63,847 nucleotides of DNA from Octopus bimaculoides. Lineage: Eukaryota. Location of the stretch: contig NC_068988.1 in the NCBI RefSeq assembly GCF_001194135.2, positions 26,478,875 to 26,542,721 on the forward strand. Reading direction: 5' to 3'. The first letter of the stretch is position 1; each line of letters begins with the position of its first letter. A program made the translations under genes and the position numbers. The notes beneath the pieces are model-generated. The model saw only the letters and a program-made list of their open reading frames with translations, was not told the origin of the DNA and ran no database searches. Positions 51,661 through 63,847 of this stretch are shown here, piece by piece.

Positions 51661-53033
51661 NNNNNNNNNNNNNNNNNNNNNNNNNNNNNNNNNNNNNNNN
51701 NNNNNNNNNNNNNNNNNNNNNNNNNNNNNNNNNNNNNNNNNNNNNNNNNNNNNNNNNNNNNNNNNNNNNNNNNNNNNNNNNNNNNNNNNNNNNNNNNNNN
51801 NNNNNNNNNNNNNNNNNNNNNNNNNNNNNNNNNNNNNNNNNNNNNNNNNNNNNNNNNNNNNNNNNNNNNNNNNNNNNNNNNNNNNNNNNNNNNNNNNNNN
51901 NNNNNNNNNNNNNNNNNNNNNNNNNNNNNNNNNNNNNNNNNNNNNNNNNNNNNNNNNNNNNNNNNNNNNNNNNNNNNNNNNNNNNNNNNNNNNNNNNNNN
52001 NNNNNNNNNNNNNNNNNNNNNNNNNNNNNNNNNNNNNNNNNNNNNNNNNNNNNNNNNNNNNNNNNNNNNNNNNNNNNNNNNNNNNNNNNNNNNNNNNNNN
52101 NNNNNNNNNNNNNNNNNNNNNNNNNNNNNNNNNNNNNNNNNNNNNNNNNNNNNNNNNNNNNNNNNNNNNNNNNNNNNNNNNNNNNNNNNNNNNNNNNNNN
52201 NNNNNNNNNNNNNNNNNNNNNNNNNNNNNNNNNNNNNNNNNNNNNNNNNNNNNNNNNNNNNNNNNNNNNNNNNNNNNNNNNNNNNNNNNNTATATATATG
52301 TATGTATGTATGTACATATACACAATCACACGCGGAATCGTAACACAGCTATTTATGTTTCCAGTCGCAATAAAAATATGCAAATGCAATGTTTTTAATG
52401 GACATGTTAGCACCATGTGGGAGACAATTTCTTCAGCTATTCAATATTTAATTCCAATGTCATTCAAATGTACAGAATCGTATTTCAAATATGTTACCGA
52501 AAATATTTATATATTTGGCATACTCAATGACTTATTATGTTCTTTGAATACCAACCATTATGTTTACACAGGATCATGGAATCAATGTGTATCCATCAGG
52601 ATTTTCTTATTGATATTTTAATGGGATCCACACTCAAATTACTGTTTGCCTTAGATTCCAAAGGAATATTAGCAGCTCCACTATTTTGTAAACCCAAGCT
52701 GTCAAATAATATTACATCGTAGTTTGAAGATAATATTATGTATTTATCTTGTGTTGCCTTTCTTTCTTTTTCTTTTTTTTTGTAAATAACAATATCATAA
52801 ATTAGTATAATGTAAATCTTCATGTTTGAGGAGCTTCAAATGCATTTTAGTGGAAAATATTCGAATACACCGCAGAATATAAATATTAATGCATTTTATA
52901 TATGAAGTTATATCAAGCTATTTTCAAAATTATTGTTTAAAGNNNNNNNNNNNNNNNNNNNNNNNNNNNNNNNNNNNNNNNNNNNNNNNNNNNNNNNNNN
53001 NNNNNNNTATATATATATATATATATGCATATA

Positions 53034-53160
53034 TTCTTTTCTTTTTTTCTTTTATTTGTTTCAGTCATTTCACTGCAGCCATGCTGGAGCACAGGCTTTA
53101 GTCGAACAAATCTACCCCGGTTGTCAAGGGATGGTGGGTGACAAACACAGACACACGATC
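53034..53160 (-). mobile_element. SINE family A 3' half with internal deletion
   Basis: The tail and GCCATGCTGGAGCAC are fused directly to GGTTGTCAAG, missing about 90 bp present in 39389-39801. Confidence 0.8.
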
Positions 53161-53169
53161 ATATACATC

Positions 53170-53360
53170 CATAGTTTTCTCAATGAAGGTCGTTTTTAGT
53201 CTATCCACTGATATAGTGTCTTTACGATCATTAAGGTCTGTAGTGAAAATTTTATCCGTGCGTGAAGGAAAACGGAAAGGACCTGCATACGGTGCTGTTA
53301 ACGGAGGTTTAACAACAGCGTTGCGCACAAAAACGTGAGTCCAAGAAGCAAAGTTTCCTT
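53170..53360 (-). mobile_element. Gypsy/Ty3 LTR retrotransposon integrase C-terminal fragment (GPY/F)
   Basis: SWTHVFVRNAVVKPPLTAPYAGPFRFPSRTDKIFTTDLNDRKDTISVDRLK matches the Gypsy HVFVR..PL.PPY.GPF....R..K.F...I.GR...VS.DRLK signature. Confidence 0.85.
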
Positions 53361-54984
53361 CAAGGCAGAGCTAGAAATGCAATTGTCTAATAGGTAAGAA
53401 GTTTTAAGGAGGAGCGATATATTCGAAAGTGGTAAAGCTAAAAATTGTCGAGGATGAATTAAATTTATTATTATTACTGAATATGTTAGTGTTATTTTAT
53501 TACTGAACGGTTTTGCACTAATACCTTCCTCCATCACTTTACCAAAACCTCAACGCGTGACCTCTCACCACGAACCGACACTTACGAAGAATAATATGGC
53601 ATCTTATCTCTATTTTTATTCTTTTCATTTTTATTTTTTTATTCTATCCCGCACATATCCCATTCCAGACTTTTCTCTCTTTTTCTCTCTTTCTCCTTTT
53701 ATTCTCCTCCTCCTCTCTCTTCTATCCACTCACTCACAACCCGCTTCTGTCTTTTTGATGTCTTTCTCACTCTATATATCCACGCAGACCATTTACACAC
53801 TAGCTAACCACTTCTGCATGAACGCATCATTGCAAATACTGCGAATATACTGCCTGGATTTACCTGGGATTATACTGAAGTGTTTATACCTTCATGGAAG
53901 TAAGCATCAACCTTCACACCCTATGGAAAAAGATGAATTCTGAAATTTATTTTCCCGTCTCTATTCTATCTACTTTTTACTCTTTGTTCTTCTAGTTTCT
54001 TCCTTATAAACTGTGAATTTCCCTGACTAATTTAAAACACGTCTGGCGTTCTAACATACGTCTGGTGATCTGCCCACGTTTTTAGTTCGTAATGTCATGT
54101 GGGCAGTGCAATGCCTGACGATTATGCTAGGGCACTAGACTTCTTAAGGAATATTGTGTGGCATGCGTTCAGCATATGAAACTAATAGTATAGCAAACAG
54201 TGAATAAAATATTCACTGATTTTGCGAATAACTAAAATTCTGGTTCATGCAATTGGGTCACTATTAAATTGAACTATCCATGTAAATATCATACTTCATA
54301 TATATATACACCTTTGACAGACAAGTTACTGTAGTTTTCGTCCTTAAGGTATGTAAAACAAAGTACAGTTTGATACGAGATGCGAAAAGAAGAAACGCAC
54401 ATACAATTGAAATATTTTTAGCTGGAGAGGCAATATGATAAAATGACTCATGCAGCGAGAGAATGAATTACAAAGACACACTGATAAAAACAGAAATAGG
54501 GAAATATTCCTGTAAGATATCGAAATGAAGAGAAAATGTGAATGAATAATACAGAGAAATACGAAGGAAAGAAATAATGAAGTGCGTGAAGACGTCACTG
54601 ACAATAACAACGATGTTTGAATGGAAGCAATAAAATAAGAGAACAAGCAATAGATACGCTGTATATACGGCTCAGAACCTCATACTTAAGTGTCTAAATG
54701 TATCGTGTTCTCATTTGTCAAAATATTGTCACTTTAAGCACATACATAAACAATGCAAAATAATACAACCACCAAATAAAATACACCACACTACATTTTA
54801 ACACACTTTCCACATATTACATGGCCCTGCAGTAAACCTAGAATAGGGCGAGAAGGTCATTGAGGAAGTGACACATCACGAAGAAACGATTCCGGCAAAG
54901 CTTAACTGATTGATTGATACACTGCAAATGAATTAAAAACATCGATTGATAAACGGTTACACACTTAACTAATAGACTAATGGA

Positions 54985-55400
54985 AATGATGCTTATGTAC
55001 GAACGGCTATACTCCATGGACTCTGAATGCAGAAGACATGTGAAGAGAAAGGAAGGTAGTATGCTCCATTGGATGTGCAACATCAGTGCACATGTACGAC
55101 ACAGTGCAAATGTAACGAGAGAAAATTTGGGCATAAGAGGAATCAAATGTAGCATGCAAGAGAGAAGACAAAGTTGGTTTGGGGATGTGATGCGTATGAA
55201 TGAGGATATCTGCAGAAAGCAGTTCCGACCACTGAAAGTGGATGGTACCCGTGGCAGAGGGAGACCCAGGATGACATGGGATGAAGAGGTAAGGAGTGAT
55301 CTCAGGAACCTGGCCCTCACGGAAGAAATGACCATGGAGCGAGATGTCTGGTCATATGAACTTCTTGAGAAGATCCGCCCACATCTGCGAAACCGAGTTC
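54985..55400 (+). mobile_element. RTE-clade LINE 3' end (C-terminus of RT ORF), 5'-truncated and decayed
   Basis: DAYVRTAILHG / TLNAEDM (frameshifts), then SMLHWMCNIS...LGIRGIKCSMQERRQSWFGDVMRMNED...GTRGRGRPRMTWDEEVRSDL...MERDVW, the canonical RTE tail (RRLRW.GHV.RM, G.R.RGRP..TW). Confidence 0.92.
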
Positions 55401-55632
55401 TAGAAGCGCTGCGTAGAAAAACTCCCATACACTCTATCACAACGAACCAAACTACGTCTCTACATACCTTCTCTCCTTCACATTTCCGCTTCATGTACTA
55501 CGGTTACCTCTCACTCTCCAATCTTGTCCTCTTGGCTCGGTGTCATTGTATCATTATTCTCTGCTTGCCCCCGACCTGTACATTCTATCCACATGCGCTG
55601 ACTCACTCTATTATTGCTATCTGCTTGCTCCT

Positions 55633-55943
55633 CCATGCTGGAGCACCGCCTTTAGTCGAACAAATGAAACCCAGGACTTATTCTTTATTCGCCTAGTACT
55701 TATTCTATCGGCCACTTTTGCCGAACCAGCATCGGTTGCCAAACTATGGTGGGGGAAAACAGACACACACACACACAAGCACACACACATGCACAGACAC
55801 ACGCACACACACACACGCACATACATACACACACACACACGCACACACACACACGCACANNNNNNNNNNNNNNNNNNNNNNNNNNNNNNNNNNNNNNNNN
55901 NNNNNNNNNNNNNNNNNNNNNNNNNNNNNNNNNNNNNNNNNNN

Positions 55944-56027
<84 letters not shown>

Positions 56028-56180
56028 GACGGGATTCTTTGAGTTCCTGTCTAACAAATCCACTCAGAAGGCTTTGGTCGGCCCGAGGTTGTAGTATAAG
56101 ACACTTGCACAAGGTGCCACGCTGTGGAAATGAACCCGAAAGCATGTGGTTTGTAAGCAAGCTACTTGTCACAAAGCCAT
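55633..56180 (-). mobile_element. SINE family A, near full length, internal microsatellite expanded and gapped
   Basis: 3' half at 55633-55760, then (CA)n/N/(TA)n, then the 5' half GACGGGATTCTTTGAG...GTAAGCAAGCTACTTGTCACAAAGCC. Confidence 0.9.
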
Positions 56181-57331
56181 ATATTCCAAACGCAGATCCA
56201 GCGACGTTTGCGCAATTACTGTTTTTAAGCTAGGGAACCATAGGCAGTGAACGTGCTTTATCGGCATACTACTAAGGACATACCAGAAACGACGTATAAA
56301 ACTTGAAAAACTGCATTTACTATTTCATATTACGAATTACCAACATCCAAATGGCAAAAAGAAGCATCTCACGAAAGTTAAGACATATTAGAACAACACT
56401 AAAGTAAATATATTCAGTTTCCTAATCATTTATTCACATTCCAACATAATTAATGCCCTCAACTAATAGTTAACAACACGTTTTAGAGCTTCTAACAAGA
56501 CGCAAATAGACAGAAAGTGAAATTACCACTTTATCATTCGGTCTTCATATTGACAGGGATACAAATAACGTGATCAATAAACCTACCGGAAATTCGTTCC
56601 CTTCGCTTCTCACTCATCTTAGAGGCAAATTGAAAATAAATTTAAAGGAATTGCAGTTACTTCGGCTTGTACGTTAGCACACGTAAAACTAGTAAACATC
56701 CTGCTAAACAGTGCAGCAAGTAATTCTATCCTTCTTCAACATATTATGAAGATATTCACCACGATGAAATCCTCCAGTAACATCAATCACTAGTACAGTG
56801 ACGACTTCGTTCACTGACTTCGTTTTAATTAATCATTTGATAAGATAGAATAATTCAAATACCTTCAGGATTTGGGCGTTTTCAATACAAGAGATACGCA
56901 GCATACTATTACTTCTGAGATCGCCGGAAATTCCTCTATTCTCTAAGATTGGCCGACTTTCACAGAAAATTAATTTAATCTCCCTGAGAAAGAATAGCGA
57001 TATTTAGCAGAAGAGTAATATTTGACATAGGGATAATACTCTCAAATGCTAGCACCGATCTAGCAACTACTGTGTATAATAGACTTCTGGAGATTACTTA
57101 TGGAGATTGCTTCTCTACACCACATAAGCTAGAAGCATTACCCAACGTTCCATTTTGAATACAGAGTTCGTGTCCCTGGAAACCTAAACGCACATAGTTT
57201 TCAGTTACTCAGAAAATTGATATTTCAAATATTCGCAAGATATATTCGTTTGGAGTTATCTAAGTTTGAGGCTAGATTGTACACACACATACTCACAAAT
57301 ACACAAACACACATGCGAACACACACACATG

Positions 57332-57385
<54 letters not shown>

Positions 57386-57488
57386 CAGACAGATAGATAG
57401 ATATGTATATATTTATATAATATATATATGTGTGTGAGAGACAGATAGACAGACATATATATATATATACATACACACACACACACAT

Positions 57489-57572
<84 letters not shown>

Positions 57573-58711
57573 ATGTATGTATGTATGTATGCATGTATGT
57601 ATGTATGTATATTTTATATGCATATACATATATATGTTCGTGTGTAAATTTATTTCGATGATTTGTTATGTGTAACAGCTCCGATATAGATTCAATGAGC
57701 ATCAGTGGAATAGATAAAAAGTTTCATTTTCATATCAAAGTTAAAACCAAGCGAAATGAGTCTGGATTATGTTAGCATAAATATTGGCACGTAAGATTTA
57801 ATTCAAAGTAGTAATATCAAGGGACTCACAATGAATTTCCACATTAATTTTAATCAATTCGTTTGCAATGTATGTCGTGTTTATTTTGTTAGCTTTTTCT
57901 CCTAAATTCTATTTTAAAGTATATATTTCTCTCAATACTTATAAATATAAGGTTTTGAATTGAAATATATATAAAAATCAGAGACGAACATTTTTCTTTT
58001 ATAATTTTTTTATGGGAGAACATGCTGCCTTACAAATTCGTGATGATACATAATTTAGAATTAAAAGAAATATTTCGGAAGACCTCATATTTTACCGTGT
58101 ATTTGTCAGTTAGTATCAACACCTAATTTTGGAAACATGTGTCTAATGTAAACAACATTAGACGAATTCATTAATATTCATATTTTACACATGAATAGGA
58201 TAAGTTATTTTAACACTCTATATTCTTGCAGAGCTTTAATGAATACATGAAACTATTTTACGTGCTGAGCAAATATATTTGCTTGCAATATGTATATGGT
58301 ATTCTTACAAAATGGCATATATTTATACACAAAATAATAAAAAAAAATAAAAGAATATTCATTTATGATACAAAATAAATTTAGATGTAGATATTTTTAT
58401 TCATGAAGCAATACTATAAACACTGCAACACGTAAAGTAAACTTGAGTTTCTAAAAAAAGAATATATGGAAGTTTCTTTTAATACAGCGATGTCTTAATG
58501 AATTCAGAACATCTGTAAACTCACTTAATTTTGCAGAGTGATGTTCCTCTATGTTGAAATAAAAAAATTATTTGTATTTTTTTCTCATTTACTTTCTTCA
58601 TTTATTGCGTCTTAGATATTTTAAATAACAGTAGTTTCAGAGTTTTTCAACCAGAAGTCAAGATTTAATTCATTTTATAAAAAGAAGAGTGTAAGCGTCC
58701 TAGAAATAGTG

Positions 58712-58903
58712 ATTTCAAATCTTAGCACGAGGACAGAAATATGGGGAAGGAGTTAATCGGTTACATCGCCCCTAGTGCTAAACTGTACTTATCTTATATC
58801 AACCCCCAGAAGAATAAAAGGCAGAGTAGCAGAACATATAGACAGACAAAATGACGCTAAGCATTTTACCCAGAATGTTAACGATTCTGCTGGCTCGCCC
58901 CCT
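58712..58903 (-). mobile_element. SINE family B, old, internally deleted
   Basis: TCGGTTACATCGCCCCTAGTG...GACGCTAAGCATTTTACCCAG...AACGATTCTGCTGGCTCGCC. Confidence 0.75.
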
Positions 58904-59475
58904 CGATCGTGCTAGAAATATCAAATCTTCCTGCGCTAATTTTAAATATTTAATCATATTGAGGGCAATAGAATTTTCTAGTAAAGGAAAAATACAATGA
59001 GAATGAAAGCCTGTTACCTTGTTCCATTTATAGTAAAGGTGTTATTGCATTCTACTTCAAACTCGCAATATAACTATGGTCCCCAGCAACTATCTTCTTC
59101 AATGCCACATCACGATTCTTGTCACAAGAACGACAACTCAAGCTCCTAGAACTAGCATCAAATTTTTACATCAAGTTCTGCCTGCATTATAACAGAATAT
59201 GCAAATGTTTTGTAGTTCAATGCAGCAGTGCTCGATTAGGATTGACCTGGGTCTAAACAACGTTAACAACTTATGAGGTTTAATTTAAAGATCATGTCTG
59301 CTTGAGTGACGAATGATATTTCATTACATTAAACATCTTTTACTTTAGCGTTCACCTCCTGGTTTGCATAGTTTCAGACTTATAATGAAAGAAAATTTAA
59401 CTCAAATGGTGGAAACAAAAAACAGGATCATGTTAGCTTACCGTAATAATAAATATAGCAATACGATTATTCTTG

Positions 59476-59523
59476 AGTTTTAATATCTATTAGTTTTAAT
59501 ATCTATTAGTTTTAATATCTATT
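59476..59523. repeat. 16-bp minisatellite x3
   Basis: AGTTTTAATATCTATT repeated three times. Confidence 0.93.
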
Positions 59524-61822
59524 TCAATGTTATTTCATCTTCTGTAAAACTACATGAAGTGAGTGGATTTAAAACTTTGTGTAGCCTTTTATTAGATTTT
59601 AGAGGATTTTAATATTTAGCATTTCATTAATTATTTTTTGTCAGTCATTTTCATTTGGTTTATAACTGAGTTAGTGACGAAATGAGTTATTCCTAATTTA
59701 AATCCTTTGTAGTTTCCTTTTTCAATAGTATGGTCATTATATGCGTCCGGTCCAGGGAGCTTTTCCTCTTATTGTTCTTTATATCTGTGATTATTTTTCC
59801 TGCATCCAATTAACACTTAGTACCAATTCAGCTCTGAGTGAGTATATATATGGCAACTGAATTCTAGCCATAGGCAATCATTTTGTATATCCCTGATTAT
59901 GTCGGTTTGTACTTTATTTTTCTTCAATTGATTTTCCAACGATAGAGTCTAATGTGTAGTAGATACCAATAACCCATCGAGTTGCCTCATAGAGCATCTC
60001 TTCTTAGCAAGCATGCCTTATTAAGCATTTGATAGATTTTTATGTATTTTGTTGAGGATTTATACATATAATGATTGTTAGAATCTTATTTTTGTTTCTT
60101 TCAACTCATGTCAATGCTTTTAACATTATGATGTTCAACATGAAGTAAAATAATTCCATTCAACTATGCATGTGACAAGTGGTATGCATTCTTTAATGGA
60201 TGTGATTAAGAAGAATTTTGGCCATGCGCTATATAATTACATACATTTCAAGATACTAATGATAAACTTTATCGGAAAAGTAGTTGCTCGCAAATAGTAA
60301 ACGTCAAAATGAAAGTTTTAAAAAAGAAAATCGACGGAGAAAATTTTCAACGAAAAGAAAAGCAAACATACCTCGTAGTCGCATAATAATTTAATTAGAA
60401 AAAACAAACTTGCATTATTTAATGATGTTCTAAAAACAACGAAGTTCTCTATGTACGGACAGTTATATGGCATACATTAATATAAACCCATATATTATTA
60501 TAAACCCAGCTTTTTTCTGCAGTCAATTTTGTCGAATCACAATAATCAGCAGCTATACATACATAATATAAAATACGTGTCACTGTTTCATACGTGGATA
60601 TTTCGTGAATCTAAAACTACGGAGCTGTAGGGAAGGGTTGTAGTTTCGTTTGGAATATGGTGGGGAAATGAACAGTGGAGTTTGTTTTCTACAAGATAAT
60701 GTTAACTATATATATCGATTATTTCATTTGTAACCATTAATAATCATTAATGTTCTTATGAACTTCCAGCAGATTTCGGCATTTTTCTAAATGGTAACAA
60801 AATAAAAAGATTTGTAGGAGCATAGTTTTGGGGGGTTTTTTTAATACAAAATATTACGACGCACGCACTATAAACAGTGTTCCGATCCTATACTATGACA
60901 GACATGATTTTGGGCCTTCGTATGGATAAAACAATGTTTAGTTCGTATTCGAAATATCATTATGATAATTCACATTAACTTAGACGTGGTCCAATGTTTT
61001 GAAGAAACCGTTATTCTGAACAAGAGTGTTTACCTTTCCTCTGCGATGGATGGCTGAAAAATATCACTAAATATGTATTATTAGGATGTTACGACGTATC
61101 TTGGCACTTGCGATACTATTCTCAGCATAATTACATTATTTTTTAATATTCATTATTTCTAATGACATATCAGGATATTTTAAAATAACAGATAAATTTC
61201 ATTAAGAATGAAAGTGCAATAGTTTCGTCTACTTGTTATTCCCAATTGGCAATTGAACACGTTCAAACAATCTGACTTCTTCAGTTCCTCTATATTGAAT
61301 CGTCTGTGATTGGCTTCAAATATTATTAGAAGAGCGTAATATAAAAAATATTATTACTCTTTATTATGAATTTATTTTCATGACACATTAATATAATAAT
61401 AAAGTGTGATAGTTTCCACATTAACAATAATAAATAACATTTAATCAATATTCAACATTGTAAGAATACGAATTATGACAACTGAGTAAAATATTTTACA
61501 GCCTGTTATACCAAAGTAAATGGCTGACAGCAATTACACTTCTTTCTATCAATATTCAATACCTTACTGTCTCGCTGCGTCTTATACACATTGGCAAAAC
61601 ATTGGGGTTTCTGTTTATACGCATCCATATAAAACTATTAATATGCAGCTGAGTGTCTTATCGATAAGCAGTGAAGTATTTCTGCTCTGTTAAATAACAA
61701 CCTGGTTCCTATTATTTTTAAGCATACATTCCTATGAAGGTAATGTATGTTCAAGTAATCCTATCAAATTTCATTCTTCGATAACAATAGATGGAAGGAG
61801 AATCACACCGAGACGTAAGATA

Positions 61823-62125
61823 TTTTTTTATCTTTTACTTGTTTCAGTAATTTGACTGCGGCCATGTTGGGGCACCACTTTGAAGAGCTTTAGTCGACCG
61901 AATCGACCCCAGAACTTATTTTGTAAAGCCTGTTACTTACTATATCGATCGCTTTGGCGAACAGCTAGGTTACGGGGACGATCCACAAGAAGTGATAGGG
62001 GAAAACACAGGCAAACGGTAAACACTCATAGATATATATATATACGATGGGCTTCTTTCAGTTTCCCTCTACCATATCCACTCACAATGTTTTGGTCGGC
62101 CCGAGAATATATCGGAAGACACTCT
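61823..62125 (-). mobile_element. SINE family A, 5'-truncated
   Basis: Tail, TTTGACTGCGGCCATGTTGG, a short (TA)n and GGGCTTCTTTCAGTTTCCCTCTACC...GGTCGGCCCGAG. Confidence 0.88.
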
Positions 62126-62495
62126 CTGAATGTGCTAGGCTTTTAAAATACCGAGAGTGTGACCAAAACCGTATCGCGGAGATTAGCCCTTCTTTTCAGG
62201 AGAATAGTTTTATTGATTATGATCCGCAGTTAATGTCATACAAGGACCCCAGTATTTGCTCACTCCCGTATCATTCTTTTATCCCAAGGGAGTAGAAAAT
62301 CGATAGATATAGGTTGCAGAAACCAAAGACACAAGGCTTGAATCTTCTTTTCTTTTATTACTAACCCTCTAGATCCCTCTTTTCTGTATAGACTAACTAC
62401 AAATGGAGTAAACTGAAAATTTCAAACTGAAAATAACTCAACACCATCAGTCCGATATTAACGTCACACGTTTTCGGAGAATATTCTAAAATATT

Positions 62496-62708
62496 TTTTC
62501 TACTCTAGGCACAAGGCCCAAAATTTTTTGATGAGGTGGCCAGTCGATTAGATCGATTCCAGTACGTAACTGGTACTTAATTTATCGACCCATAAAGGAT
62601 GAAAGCAAAGTCTACCTCGGCGGAATTTGAACTCATAACGTAAACACAGACGAAATACCGCGAAGCATTTCGTCTGGCGTGCTAACGTTTCTGCCAGTTC
62701 GCCGCGTT
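62496..62708 (-). mobile_element. SINE family B, full length, with 17-bp target-site duplication
   Basis: GAATATTCTAAAATATT occurs at 62479-62495 and 62709-62725, flanking a well-preserved element. Confidence 0.95.
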
Positions 62709-63207
62709 GAATATTCTAAAATATTGTCACTGTCGGTAGCACTGAGATGTTTCACTATAATATGACGTGATGTTTAAGACAATGCAGAGATTTATCAATT
62801 TTAAGCTATTTATGCGCGTATTTGTGTGTGCATGGCTTGGTGTTTAATAGTGTATGTGTATGTGTATGTGCGTGTGCAGTAAGCTTAATGATTAGACTAA
62901 TTCGACTTCGCCTATCTGTGTTTCCATTGCATTTATATTGTTTTGATGTAAAATCTGGACGATATACTCATCGATTCTTTAAAAGTATTCTCATCCACAA
63001 GGCATTGTGTACGCAGTCGTCACGTTTAATCGGTTTCCCAGAAAGTAAAGCAGCATTTAAATACATTGAAGTCGTTCATGTCAATACTACTCTACAAGAA
63101 GCCGAATCAAATATGCAACTCATAAGAAAACTAAAATATACACTTCTTACAAAATTTGATACCAGCCCAGCATTTTCGTGAGAGAGAATAACACGATTAT
63201 ACCGACT

Positions 63208-63357
63208 TCAGTGCTCCCTTGGTTCTTATTTTATCGCCCCGAAAGGAGAAAAGGCGGTATTTGCTTCGGCGGAATTTGAACTCAGAACACAATGACGGAC
63301 GAAATGCTGCTAAGTATTTTGCCCGGCGTACTAATGATCTTACCAGGTTGCCCCCTT
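63208..63357 (-). mobile_element. SINE family B, partial
   Basis: TTCGGCGGAATTTGAACTCAGAAC...GGACGAAATGCTGCTAAGTATTTTGCCCGGCGTAC. Confidence 0.85.
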
Positions 63358-63387
63358 AAATCAATTATATATAATATCTGTTTGACT

Positions 63388-63432
63388 ATTATTATTATTA
63401 TTATTATTGTTGTTGTTGTTGTTGTTGTTGTT
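63388..63432. repeat. (ATT)7(GTT)n compound microsatellite at LINE 3' end
   Basis: Direct reading. Confidence 0.95.
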
Positions 63433-63847
63433 TGATGAAAACTCTCAGCTTATTTTGCTAGGTATGATGGAAAGTCTCAGCTGTCCACAGCCCGCAGACT
63501 AAGGTAACACTTATTTGAAGGTCGTGCTTCAACAACCATGCGAAGAGTTCTTGCAGTTCTAAGCAATACTGATTTCTGTAGGCGTTCCAGCTCTACATTT
63601 GTACCGATCTTTTAAATCCATAATGCTAGTTAAGTGCTGATACATCCAAATGCGCCATTTACTATTGGTATCACGTCTGCTCTCTTCATTGACGACAAAC
63701 TTCGTACTTCCAACTTCAAATCGTCGTAGTACAGTCTTTCTTCTTTCTCTTTAATTCTGTTGTCACCAGGGCATCCTATGTCGATTATCGTACATGTTCT
63801 TTCTCTTTTTTTATTATTCACCACAACAAGATCCGGTTTCCGATGTC
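63433..63847 (-). mobile_element. R4/Dong-clade LINE 3' end with restriction-like endonuclease domain (continues beyond window)
   Basis: HRKPDLVVVNNKKRERTCTIIDIGCPGDNRIKEKE...YDDLKLEV..L.SMKRADVIPIVNGAFG...LQKSVLLRTARTLRMVVE: RLE PD..D motif and the R4 C-terminal signature, with premature stops. The 3' UTR abuts (AAC)n(AAT)n. Confidence 0.92.

Larger units (their letters stand above)
775..55943. other. 16 assembly gaps (N runs), mostly flanked by dinucleotide microsatellites
   Basis: N runs at 775-1524, 7010-7646, 9301-9703, 15015-15351, 19167-19416, 20822-21340, 28152-28921, 30042-30618, 31920-32278, 34340-34397, 36565-37058, 37905-38245, ~47415-47490, 51661-52290, 52943-53007 and 55860-55943. 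The X-containing ORFs are artefacts of these gaps. Confidence 0.98.

Noticed and set aside
611-56233. Long ORFs containing X runs or YI/HT/CV/RE/LS repeats
   Set aside because: Translations of N gaps and dinucleotide or tetranucleotide microsatellites, not genes.
1-63847. CRISPR arrays, prokaryotic operons, protocadherin / C2H2-ZNF / chemotactile receptor genes
   Set aside because: No repeat-spacer arrays, no gene-dense segments and no matching domains seen.

Overview
AT-rich eukaryotic genomic DNA, saturated with microsatellites and interspersed repeats, with 16 N gaps (~6.3 kb, ~10% of the window) that mostly sit in (TA)n/(CA)n tracts. The repeat families are ones I recognise from octopod cephalopods, so this is probably an Octopus short-read assembly (inference). 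I found no host protein-coding gene I can support; the window looks intronic or intergenic. Most supplied ORFs are artefacts of N runs or simple repeats. Recognisable coding remnants are all decayed transposons: two R4/Dong-clade RLE LINE fragments, an RTE LINE 3' end, a Gypsy integrase C-terminus, a Tc1/mariner transposase C-terminus and possibly a hAT/Buster fragment. There are also about 20 tRNA-derived SINE copies of four types and two mariner-derived MITEs. The most interesting signal is a set of short repeats, mostly next to TA tracts, belonging to at least three unrelated sequence families. Each folds by eye into a minimal type I hammerhead ribozyme (stem I, core, stem II, GAAA, tiny palindromic stem III, GUH, stem I') with a non-canonical core (U4C, or A6U plus an extra A). 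That architecture matches Penelope-like element termini or non-autonomous retrozyme-like elements; activity is untested. Boundaries of decayed repeats are approximate (about +/-10-30 bp).
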